Source of the DNA: Syncephalis fuscata S228
Lineage: Eukaryota; Fungi; Zoopagomycota
Assembly: GCA_025786725.1 (NCBI GenBank)
Contig: JAHLTZ010000025.1
Coordinates: forward strand, 186,001-250,000
Reading direction: 5' to 3'
DNA: 64,000 nt
The stretch's first letter is position 1. Every line of letters starts with the position of its first letter. A model generated the notes under the pieces. It ran no database searches. It was not told the DNA's origin and saw only the letters and a program-made list of their open reading frames with translations. The translations under genes were made by a program, and so were the position numbers. This document shows positions 37,404-49,365 of the stretch, one piece after another.

Positions 37404-37969
37404 TTGGTTAAAAAAAGCCATCAAATTTTCCACTAATTCAGTACACTTTTGCTATGTTATCGATTCTCTTTACATTGATGCTAATTTCATCATCTTTGCT
37501 TGTTTCTAGTAGTTTTGTAGCTGCTAATTGCATAATTTTTGTGTATTTTTTATTCTTTACTTTTATTATACTTTTTGTTATTTATTACTTGTATCTTTTT
37601 GTTTATTTCTCATGCATATATTATTACCTTGTACTTGCATTGAATTATAATGCGCTTTAGTAACTTGTTGTTACAAGTAATCAAAGTATTTTCATCATTT
37701 CTAAGTTTGCATAAAATTAAAACTCAGTTTACAATGATTAGTCATAATAGATAGCTTTCAATATTTCAATGTGCTTACTCTAGACTTGAGATGTAATCAT
37801 ATATATATATGGAATACAGGCACAGTTAGGATTTCCATTTTAAGCAGCAGCCAATACATAAATTTCGCAATAATGACATTCTAGAACCAAGTTTTAAGCA
37901 TTTTATTTTATTTATTCACTGAATTTTATATGAATAACAGATAAATCCTCACTGTCGTCATTTTTCTCA

Positions 37970-38218
37970 TCAATTATATGAACTATGTTCAATGTAATTT
38001 TGAGAGTTCGGGTTCTTCCGATATTTTGGATTCCAGCCAGTAATCTTCACATTGTTCAAATTTCCTGTTACTCCTTGAACTATTTTTACTAGGCTTTCAC
38101 CGTTTACTAATTCGATACAATAGATCACACGCCTCAACTCGGCAGCTAATTCGTCATACTGCAATCCTAAATAGTCGTTGTTGCTTGTCTTCACCCACGC
38201 GCTACAGTCGATATACAT
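37970..38218 (-). CDS. Hypothetical ORF or gene fragment
   Basis: 82-aa ORF with protein-like composition in a GC-elevated patch. No recognisable motif, and the 5' end is unresolved. Confidence 0.2.
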   Translation of the reverse strand: MYIDCSAWVKTSNNDYLGLQYDELAAELRRVIYCIELVNGESLVKIVQGVTGNLNNVKITGWNPKYRKNPNSQNYIEHSSYN

Positions 38219-38673
38219 TTTTTTGCCTTATTTGAACAGTTCACTAAACCTGATAGACTACGGAACAGTTTTGAGCTCCATAGTTAATATTCCGGTTCCG
38301 ACACGCGATAACTATGTTCGGCATAATCGGCATATTTATAAAAGCATCGATCCTTCTATGCCACATTTCAAAATCCCATCGCTATCTCATTTGTCTTTTT
38401 TTGCCAGCTAATTAGATTCCTATGGCGCGCGCATGTCATTTGACTTAACAACGCAGATTATAAGCAATTACTAGCTATTATTAGCTACTAAATTTATATC
38501 AAAACAACCACTCTCCTTTTATTCTTATTTTAGTGTAGCAACTGGCCTAATAGCAATATTCTTAGCTGCAGTTAGCGCTGTGCTATACTATTATAGTTTC
38601 AAATCAATATAGATAAAATAGCAAAGTTCAAAGCCTATTCATTTTACTCGACACCTTTTGCTAGTTTGTAACA

Positions 38674-40087
38674 ATGGGAAACAGTCCATCAAACCGCGTA
38701 GAACGAGATCACAAAGTATCAGTTTAAATTCACCCCGCAATAACCGAAATAGTATATCATCATCCTCTACCTCTCTACCTAGTTCATCCGATTCCTCATC
38801 ATCCAGCAGCAAGATGCCATGGGCTTTTTGGCATACAGATATTAAAAGATCTGGCAGCAAATGTCAAGAGACTAGTTCGGGATATTCACCAAGTAAAGGA
38901 TTTCTTAGTCCACGTAATCGCAATTCCAAAAACAACACCAGGTGGGAGATTATTGATGGCCAAAAGTATTTAGTTATGCAATCCGGTGGTCCAGCTGTGT
39001 TTAGCTGTGATGGTGAAGATGAGCAAAGCAGGTAAGTAAAGTTAGAAATTATTTATAGTATGCGACTGACTCCACAATAAACAATCTTAGATTATCTTCT
39101 GTGCATCAAGTAATGCGCTATACATTGCGTACAAATTGCATTGTGCCCATGGCCGATATCAAGCGTGTTTTAGATATAGGGTGTGGCGATGGCCATTGGC
39201 TGCTGGTACATTGTCTTTATTCGTATATTAACTAAACACTAACAATCAAACATTAGGATATGGCCAATGATTATCCTCAAACTCGATTTACTGGACTTGA
39301 TATTTTAGATCAAATGAAAGATCGTGTGCTTCCGAAAAACTGTGAATTTTATTGTGGGGACGTTTTACAAGGTAATTTAAACATTTGTAATTTCATACAA
39401 AAAGAAATACTAATAATTGATTACGCTTGAATTAATGTAGGACTGCCATTTTCCGATGGCTACTTCGACTTAATTCATCAGCGTTTTATGTATTTATTTA
39501 TTCCAAGTAATGCATGGAGCGCTTTAATTTCAGAAATGGCACGAATACTTAAACCCGGCGGTCAAATTCTTTTAATAGAACGACAGTTTCATGTGGAAAA
39601 AACAAATGACGTTATTGGTACAATGCTTGGAGCTTTTAACAGTGCAATCAGCAACAATGAAGTTACCACGAGCATATGCGATCGTCTTGATCAAGTGCTT
39701 GATAAGTCTGGATTTGTTGATATCAACAAGAATAGCATCAATATTCCTGTCGGAGAATGGGGCGGCGTTCCTGGAAGGCTCATGGGCGAGGCGGTAGTGA
39801 GCTGGATTGTTGGTTCACGTGAGATAATTGTCAAACGAAGTCAGCTTAGTTATGAAGAGTTTGATGCAAGAATGTCTATTGCACCTGAAGAGTTTAATAA
39901 GGCACATGCCTATTTCACCATTCATATGTATACTGCACAGAAAGCTGGAGCAAAAAAAGTTAAAAATCGAAAACCTATACCTTTGGTAGTGTTTTTAAAA
40001 AACACCAACCAGATAATACCAGTGTTATGCTCGCATATTCCATTAGAAAATCATTTGCGAAATAAGTTGTTAGTTATTAAGCTATGA
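38674..40087 (+). CDS. Class I SAM-dependent methyltransferase 2, 4 exons; 3' end uncertain
   Basis: MGNSPS(K) start with an apparent frameshift at ~38692; VLDIGCGDGHWLL|DMANDYP, FTGLDI, G|LPFSDGYFDLIHQR, RILKPGGQILLIE, PVGEWGGVPG and AQK motifs. Confidence 0.88.
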
Positions 40088-42076
40088 TTGTTATTATTAT
40101 TTTTATTATTAAAGTTAACATTTACTTTGCGCACTCTATTTTGAATTCTTAAAGCAGAGTTCATTTCAATTGAAATTATGTGGTGATTATGCACAACAAA
40201 ACACGGTTATAATGTTTTTTAATAAAATGCTGCTAATGAATTAATTTAAATAAAGAATGTAACATACTATTTGCTTTCTTTGGAACATTTGAGAATGATT
40301 ATTGTCGTTGTTGATCATGTGTAGAAAGATTGATTGGATGTTAATAGAAGCTATATGATTGTACTTTTATGTCATTCTGCATTCGTTATTGTTGCATTAA
40401 TATATACATGCTATATACTATTTCATTTTTAACCTTTAATTTTAATACTTGTTAATTGAGTTAAATAAAATCTTTTTGTTATATATTGTGTGTCATTTAA
40501 TATTATTATACTATAGTATGAATATACGATATTAAGCAGCGATTAGCTATGTCAAAGTTAATGAGCGTATATGCATGATCAATGAGCGGAATTAGTCGAC
40601 ATTTATTAATAATGGTGCTAGAACAAAAATAAAATAGTTTTGGATAGAGGAAGACTAGGCGAGTATAGAATGATATATAAAATGATAAATGTACGGTAAG
40701 AAAACTTATAAAATAATGCTAAAGTTGTAGTGCATATAACGCAACGAGTAGACTGAATGAAGTGTATTGGGACATATAAACAATAAAATGTATCTAGTAT
40801 ATCGTAGAATAATATATAGTAGTGTGGGATAGAATGGAAATAATATAGGTGAATAGAGGATATATGCATACTGGATAATGAATCTACAATGATGAGTATT
40901 TGATGATTGATGTCACTCGCCATCCAATATCATGTTTAATAGATTGAATGGTATTAAATACTAGTCATTTGATTTTTAAATTACAATAAATAGTTAATAA
41001 AATGTTTAATGCTTGCAAAAAGGTTATTTTTATTTAATTAATAAACGAGATAATATATACAAGTTATAAATCGAATGACATTGTGTATAAAAAGATTATA
41101 AATGAAGTACTAATAAAGAGTTGTTCAAGTGGCGGAATAAAAGAAAGAATAAAATTAATAGCATAAATCAAGTATATTTATAAAGTATGTCATCAGTAAA
41201 ACAATTACAGCATTAACAAAAAGAGTATTTAAATAGATTGCTATCTAAACGCATCGTTGTATATGTTTTTAAGCCAATCTACGTAAAAATGTGACGCATT
41301 ATCACATTTAAAAAGGTAAAATGATGCCTACTAGTTATATAAATAAATAAATTACATCCGCTGTAACAAATTGAGCTCATCGTAATTGTGCGTACGCACT
41401 ATTTGGCCTTTAAAAAGCTATAATTATTTTTATCAACTTTATTTGTTTACTATATATTTTATTTTCAAAAAAGTAGAGGGCTCAAAATAAAACTTACCAA
41501 ACCAAAAAAAGCTAAGTGTTCCCACGCAATTTAATAATCAGGTAAAATAAAAAAGAAGAACCTACTTTAGAACAAAATAAACCCATCAGCCAATGACTTT
41601 TAAATACAAAAGTCCGATAGCTTTGGATTGGCCCTGTACTGTTCATTTTTTACGTCCCTTGCGGGGAATCAATAATTTTAGCCAAGAAATATGAATGAGA
41701 TATACATGCTTATATTGTTCTATTACTTGGCCTGGATTCTTACTATTCTCTTTTCCATTACTTATCGTTCCTTCAATAAGTTCAAAATTTTCTATCCTAT
41801 CTTACTATTTTGAACTTCTCTAACAACGCACTAGTTTACCGACGCAGTTACTTTCTGGTTATTGTAATAGACTGCGTAATATTACTACTTTTTGATCTTC
41901 GCTTTATTAGAATTGCTATTATTCATCAATTACTTACATCACAACATCAACATCATCATTATCATTGTCAACAACAATTACAACAACAACAATTACAACA
42001 ACATTAACAACAAATATTTCTTTTTTGTTATAGATCAACTAGCCAACGTCTGCGACTAATTGGTACTATTCTAACT

Positions 42077-43526
42077 ATGGCTAACCGCTCTTTTTCTGCC
42101 TCAGTGTTGTTGCAAAATACCCGGCAGCATAACAAAGCACACGGTCGCAGTAAATCATCGATTGGTCAAGCTGCAGCCTGCATACCCAGTATTAATGTTA
42201 TTGCTGCCCAGGAGCTTGTCAATGCACAAAGAGCGCCCCAGATTATGGGCATGTCTATGGGAGACATGACGCCAGACTCTGCATCCAGCGACGCTAGCAT
42301 GAGTAGCGACGAGGGAAGCAAACAGCGGTTCCGTGGGTTGCGCCACTGGATAAGCGATCTTAACCTGAAACGCACCGGCTCAGAGCATAAACAAAACGCC
42401 GGTACGAATCGGATGCATCGGTTAAATACCGGAAGCAGCCAGTCACTCCGATCACGGTTCAATAACTTGGATGCACCGTTTATTCGGCGCTCTAATTCGC
42501 CTCTCTCGGCATCTTCTACCTCTCTGGCGACTACTCCATCCCAGCTGGATGAATCCGTAGCTGGTGACCAAAAAGAGCGTGAGGTTCAATTGGCATTATT
42601 CCTCGATGCAAGCATCTATGAATACTCTGATACTTTGCATCATGTCTTCAAATACTATCTTGGACAAATCTATTTTGCTTCAATTGACTGCGCCGCAACA
42701 AGCAAACCACAACGAATTCTTAATATGGACTGTGGAGGGACTGATATATGGGCACGCGAAATGGCCTGTATGTATCCGACCGCAGATGTCTGGAACATGA
42801 GTGAGCGCATTGATAATCCCAACTACGGCTTTAAACGTCCACGACGCCAAAGTCTCACATTTAGCCTTAGTAATTCAAGCCCGCCCAACCTTCACTTTAC
42901 AGACAACAAACTTTCTAATGGTATGTAACATTCCAATCACAATATCTTTACTAACTATAAATCCAATCAGTCTCTTCATGGTCTGGTGAGCTTTTTGATT
43001 ATGTACATCGTCGCTTTTTTCATCCTTTATTGGCCGATAGCCGCTGGTCGGCCATTATACCTGAAATGTTTCAGGTTTGCCGGCCTGGCGGCTTTGTTGA
43101 GCTGTCCAGTATTGAATTGGATTTTGTCGATGTAAACAATAATCCCGAGGCGGCTGATTTTAAACGTGTTCTATCTAGCCTTCTCCATAAGCTAGGTCTA
43201 CAGCATGATGGCTCATTGAAGTTTGAGCAAATACTTGCCAATGCTGGATTTATTCATATAAATCGTCAAACTCATTATCTTCCTTGTGGCCAATGGGGCG
43301 ATTTAACTGGTCGACTACTTGAAGGAATCTTACGTGATACTTTTAGCTCAATTCGTGATTTACCCTCAGCCAACATGCAACCAAGTGAAATGGCTACTTA
43401 CGAGCACCTTTCCATGCATGCCTTCAACAGCTTAACGAATGGCGTTCTCATTTTTGTTTTACCGTTTATACGGCACAGAAACCGGAGCAAGCTTTCGATG
43501 AAATATCGATGTATCCAGCCGTTTAA
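42077..43526 (+). CDS. Class I SAM-dependent methyltransferase-like 3 with degenerate motif I, 2 exons
   Basis: ILNMDCGGTDIWAREMA, ELFDYVHRRF, QVCRPGGFVELS and PCGQWGDLTG motifs. The C-terminus TVYTAQKP follows an apparent frameshift at ~43433. Intron 42921-42970. Confidence 0.82.
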
Positions 43527-43623
43527 TCCTTTTAAAATAAACTGGACCGCTTTTAGTTCTAAAAACACAGCTAATATTAAGCTAAATCTACTTTGTATAT
43601 TTATAACTGCTGACTATTAGCGC

Positions 43624-43835
43624 TGCCTTTATTCTAAATGTAATTGAAGTGTTATTCAATCTATTGGATTGAGGCACGCTGCAACAGCACACTAACCATC
43701 ATGCATTTGCTTTGATCAAATAAAGTTGCCATACTCAGCAGATAATTTTGGTCAATTGGTTATGTCAGTAGATTTTTAAGCATATTAAATCCATTGTTGC
43801 ATCAACATTACAAACTATTCATTACTATTATCTGG
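43624..43835 (-). repeat. Inverted copy of the 22855-23094 segment, downstream of kinase-like paralog 3
   Basis: Near-exact reverse complement of ~22920-23094, with weaker similarity extending further. Confidence 0.9.
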
Positions 43836-43954
43836 CCACTTTAGCATCAATTACTGCACTAGAATTATATTTGCTACAATATAGTAATATGAAAAACAAT
43901 TGAATATAAATATCAATATTATTACTAAAGATGGTTCTTTACAACACTAATATT

Positions 43955-45486
43955 TTATGACTGAGCTTGTTGAACAGATGCATGTAAACGATTAGCATTT
44001 GTATTACTGTCGATTTGTCTCAGATATTGCTCCGGCGTTAGTCGTTCTTTTGGATCAATTGCCAATAGCTTATCTAGCATGTTGAATATAAAAGCATATT
44101 CATCGGGGTACTTCCTTTCACGAATATGAAATAAACCATAGATTCCCAATTGGAAAAGACCATTAGTTATAAATCGTGAGTAGTTTTGAAAGGTATTATG
44201 TGCAAGAATGTTGTACTGTGCAACGCGTATCAAGCCTATCATTTCTGGCGTTAAATAAATTTGCCTTAGTAGTGACGACGATGCAGCAATGCTGTTTTCT
44301 GGAAGGCCACCGTTTGTATTTAGTAAAATAGATCTATAATCATTGTCTATTACTGATCTATATTTATAGCTTTCTTTAATAAGATTTTTGAGGTGATACA
44401 TAAACTTATTGAATTGTTGCTGAGTATTACCAATGTTTGGCAGTACGTCTGGCATTTTGGAAAAAAGATCGTTTATGACTTGCTTGGGCGCTTTTACTGT
44501 TTTCGCAAAATAAATATTGTATTCACTTTTATAAAGAATTTCGCCAATTCTCCATAAATCAGCTTTACGCGGATCGATTTTAGTATTTTCAATCCATTCA
44601 GGAAGATATAAAAAGTTTGGTTGAGGTGGATCTATCAGTAATACAGCATTGTTTTTAAATTCAATGCGTTTTAGTTGTTCAATTTGCATGACATCAATGA
44701 TAGGATCTCTTTCAGAATCTAATCTAACTAAAATATCTATGAACTCTATTTAATAATGTTTAAATGTTAACGCGGTATTTTCTTACTGGAAGCTTTTAAT
44801 TCAATATTGGCCCATCCAACCTTGTGTATATAACTAATAGCTAATTATGTTGTGCTAAGTGATTCTGTGTGTGTGTTCACATTGCATCGACTGGTCTTAC
44901 CTCGTATCAATTTAATAAAAAAAGATGGGATTGATTTAGCTTTATCAGAAAGTGATAGAAATTCCATGTGTAAATTTAATGCTCTGCCAGATAACTGAGA
45001 CATAATGAAACAGCGTTTGCCTCGTAAAAGAAACGAGTGTTGTGGATGTACAACATATTGACGTCCAGGATCACCTCGTAATAATGCTTGCTTGCGTTTA
45101 GTGTCCTAAAATGTTGCAATTAGTAATTGGTTGTATTATTAGTCATATTTAGTAAATACCTGGAAAAAGCTGAAATAGTCTTTAAAGTTATCTTTTATGC
45201 GGTATATAGTATTCACATCCATGCCATTCAAATGTTGACTCCATGACACCTCGTCTTTTCGATCAAATTCACTAGGTATAATAAGACTTTGACGCGTCTG
45301 CGGTGGATCCTGTGCAAATATATCTATTTATTGATGCTATTAGTATGAATATATCAAGTGTCTGGTATAACAGCTTACATCGGGTAAATCAACTTCACGC
45401 GGTGTAGCAGACGCAAGCTGGGCAATAAATACTAATGCTAAAACGCTTTTTATTATTGCAAATTGCTTCCAATTTGTAATTTCCAT
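43955..45486 (-). CDS. Secreted protein-kinase-like (pseudokinase) paralog 3, 5 exons
   Basis: MEITNWKQFAIIKSVLALVFIAQLASA|TPRE signal peptide, the same intron layout as paralog 2, and IDPRKADLWRIGEILY and LLAIDPKERLTPEQYL motifs. Confidence 0.8.
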
Positions 45487-47159
45487 CGTATTATAATTTG
45501 TTATTTTAAAAACCGTGCGTAGAAAGAGTAAGTGCAAAGAACAGTGCGTTTGTCGTAGAAAGATATAAAATATTGAACAGACTGCATACTTTTAGATCAT
45601 TTTTTGTTTTTCTTTTTTACATTGCTATTTTTGACCAAACCATGCTGCTATTGCCTAATAAAATTTGTCCAAATAGCCACGAGATGTATGCCGAGTCTAA
45701 ATGAAACATTTTATTCTAAGTAATAAAAAAACAACGAGTCAAATATTTTGAAGTAAAACGCGCATATTTTAGCTTTACAGTAGCAATTATGCATCAGCGA
45801 TGTTGCGTTGTGATGTTATTGTTAAAAATATTTAACGCAATATAGACTGCACATTCGATTTGATATTACTACACCTTATTTACTATTTGAAATAACCTAT
45901 AGCGTTAAAATAAAGTACATTTATAATTATATAAAATATGTAAAAATGGGTTAAGTTTGACTATGTTATTACTAAAAATTTATTCAGCTACATGGCAGCT
46001 ATCCGCGCAAGTGTAAAATAAAGCATGGAATTGTGTGCAAATAATTATTTAGTGTGGGAAAATCATATAATTTACAATTACCATATTTGGTGATGGTATT
46101 TTGGATCACAAATATGAATTAATATGACTATTTATTGTGTTTAAATGTAAAATACAAACATTAGCAATACTTGTATAGACTGCAGCAATGGATTGCCCAA
46201 TATAGCGATCCTTCTTAACATATTGCTGTTTATTTACTATTGGGTTTCACTTTTCTAGTTCTCTAAAATGCGTAAATATTTGTAACTGGTGTTTTCAGCC
46301 TATACTCTATACTCTAACCTGAATGCAATACTTAATTTCACTACCCACTTGGAAAATAGCGTGAACTAGTTTACTATTCTTTTCTTTACAGAAACAGTAA
46401 CACCAACACCTGAACTACACCATTGCATGCAGGATTTTCCTTATTGGCGCAGTTGCAGCTGACTGCATTTCAACCTTAGAAGCTGCGAAAGCAGCAGCAC
46501 GTGCAAAACATGCGTTCCACCACTCCAGCTACTATTTTTTGGCAGTGCATTATGAAAGTATGACGATATTTACACTGATTGATACTCCGCTTTTTATTAT
46601 CAATAATCACACTAATAATGCACCGTATTCGAGGAAGCCACGCGCTGGCCGACTATCACGCGTTTCGGCAGTTGAATTTACGATAATCTGCCTCGTTAAT
46701 GGTAAGCGCGTGTCTGTTCATGTGCAAAAAGGGTAACAATCGCACATTTGAAACCAGTCATGTTGCGCCGTTTACCACAGCAACATCCCAACAGGGATAT
46801 GCCATTTTGATCCATAGTCCGTGGCACTGTAATAGATGTGAACACCTGACTAATCGGCCATTCGTTCATCAGCCTTGAGCTTTTGTTTCCGCCGGTCCTT
46901 TGTACTCTTGTCTTCTATTTCTACTCTATTCGCGATACTCGTCTTTCCGTATCTTGTTTCTATTGTATGCGTTATATTACTACTTCCATACACTGTCGTT
47001 TCTATATTATTACTCTACACTTGCCATTCAGTGCAATATTGCTATTCTCTTGCGTGTTACATGCACAACACTTGCCATTCATTTATTGATACTGGCGGAG
47101 TTTTTTAAGTAAATTTATTTGGTTTTTGACGTCACTGGCTCTGTGAGCTCAAGTAGATA

Positions 47160-48652
47160 ATGGGCAACCACCCAAGTAAAATGTCGTCAGCGGGCTATAG
47201 CGTCTCAAAAAGCGGCTCGGCACGCTCCAAAGGTCGGGCTTCGTCAAATGCTTCGTCAAAAGAGGCATCTATTAGCAATAATACTGAGTCAGACAAAACA
47301 ACACACTCGAGCTCGCCGTCAGTTAAGCGTTTTATGGTATGGTATCGCGAGGTGAAAGGGCGACGGGCCAACAGTCTAAAGACCTTTAATAATAGCGACT
47401 ATGTTACGGTGTCTGACTACGGGTCGAGTAGCGAGGCGCACAGTGTTACCAGCGAGCGTGGATTTGCACGATCCGAAAATACTATTTGGATTGATGGCCG
47501 TGAACGCATGGTTCTAGATATGAATGGTCATATCGCAGCTGTTCCCTCCGATAGCGAAGATGCAGAGCAGTAAGTAGAAAGGTGTAGGGTGTTTACGCTA
47601 TTGCAGTACATAGTTTTGCCAGTGTATAAACTTTGTTATCAAGGTCTTTTTGTGTATAATATTTCTATTTATAGTAATGCAATAATTATACAACACACTA
47701 ATATCCATCACCTGACCTACCTAGATCAAAGACCAACCATTATGTACTAAGATATGTTCTGCGGGGCAATCATGTTGCAGCATTGCAAAACCCAAAACGA
47801 ATTCTTGAAGTTGGTACCAGAACAGGGCTTTGGACAAAGGTATGCAGCTTAGTGGCAGTGGTATTGATATAATATTTATTAATATAATTATAATTTACAG
47901 GAAATGGCTAAAGAGTTTCCCAAGGCCAAAATTACAGCAATTGATATACACGACGATGTCGAACGCGATAATTGGCCATCTAATGCCGAATTTCTTTTGT
48001 GCGATATACTTAGTCCTAATGGTAAATTACATATTAAGCAAATATCTATTAATTAAAACTAACTTATCTATTAATTACTAGGCTTGCCATTCAAAGATGG
48101 TCATTTTGACTATGTTCAAATGCGCACCATGCGCTATTTTCTTCCCGACGAAACGTGGCCAAAGGTTGTGTCCGAGCTATATCGAGTCTGTAAACCTGGC
48201 GGTCTAGTAGAGCTATTAGAGGCCGATTTCAACTTCCAGACTCAAACACCCGAAACGAAGCGGTTAATGAATACCTACGCGGCTGTACTACGGACCTCTG
48301 GTGTTGAATTGGAGGCTATTCAGCATTTAGATTTACTACTGGAACTCACTGGCTTTACAGAGATCCAAAGCAGCTTTTTAACGTCCCTGCTGGAGATTGG
48401 GGCGAAACAATTGGCCGAATTGTTGGACGCACTTCCGAATACTACTTTAAAAGCTTCCGCGCTCAAGTTGCCCAATTTGAATTAATGGATCTATCCGAGT
48501 ACGACGAGGTGTTAGATTACTGCTCGAACAGTCTCGACGAACTACGCGCTCATCTTACCATCTATGTTAATGTTGGACGAAAGCCATTGGCAAAAACTGG
48601 CCGGGCTAATACGATAGCAGCACCCTGTGCCGGATCTAAACTAATGCCATAA
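47160..48652 (+). CDS. Class I SAM-dependent methyltransferase 4, 4 exons, apparent frameshift at ~48377
   Basis: MGNHPSK start; RILEVGTRTGLWTK|EMAKEFP, ITAIDI, G|LPFKDGHFDYVQMR, ELYRVCKPGGLVELLE, PAGDWG and GRKP motifs. Confidence 0.88.
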
Positions 48653-49365
48653 TCTACTTAGAAAATTGACTTGCATCATATCCATCATTATAGTCGTCGT
48701 TATCATCATTGTGGCCACCTTACCAACTAGAGGATGGTGTATACATGGATTCACTAATTATATTATAGAATAAGCGAGCATTGGTATTGTCAGCACACTT
48801 GCTGGCTAACATAGAATGAGTAAGCACGTGTACATCTTGGTAGTCTTTGCATTACTGTTCAACAACAGCTTTCAATTTATTTGCTTTAACTACACGCTTC
48901 AACGTTGGCCTTTTGTCTGGCAATCGAGGCATACCACTACCATTAAGTTATCTTATTTAAGCAGCGCTTACATTTCCAAGTGTTATATTCTATCATTTTT
49001 ATTTCTACGTGCAGGTTTAAAGTGCACAGAATGCTTTAATTACCTGCACACACTCATTCATATCTACTTTAAACATCATTCATTTGTACCGATTTTGTGG
49101 CTAATAAAATGCCGTTTCTCGATCTATTTTTGTGCATGGTTGCATAAGATGTGTTAGATCTTATTCGTCATCATTGATGCTACCAAATCAAAATGAGTCA
49201 CTCGCTGCATAAGCGTTGCAAAGACTACAGTTGACTCATCAATTATCAATAAACTTAAACTTTTATATAAACAAGACCATTTGGCATCGGTAGTTGGATA
49301 AAGTACACGCTCTTGTCTGTTAGCCGCTGTTTATCTTTTTTGTATCTACAATTTTCGTTGCAATT

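Noticed and set aside
40600-40960. Purine-skewed AT-rich stretch resembling the 13.5/31.6 kb repeat
   Set aside because: Only compositional similarity and very short matches; no alignable block.
36040-48652. Secondary-metabolite biosynthetic gene cluster
   Set aside because: There is no backbone enzyme (PKS, NRPS, terpene synthase), transporter or pathway-specific regulator in the window.
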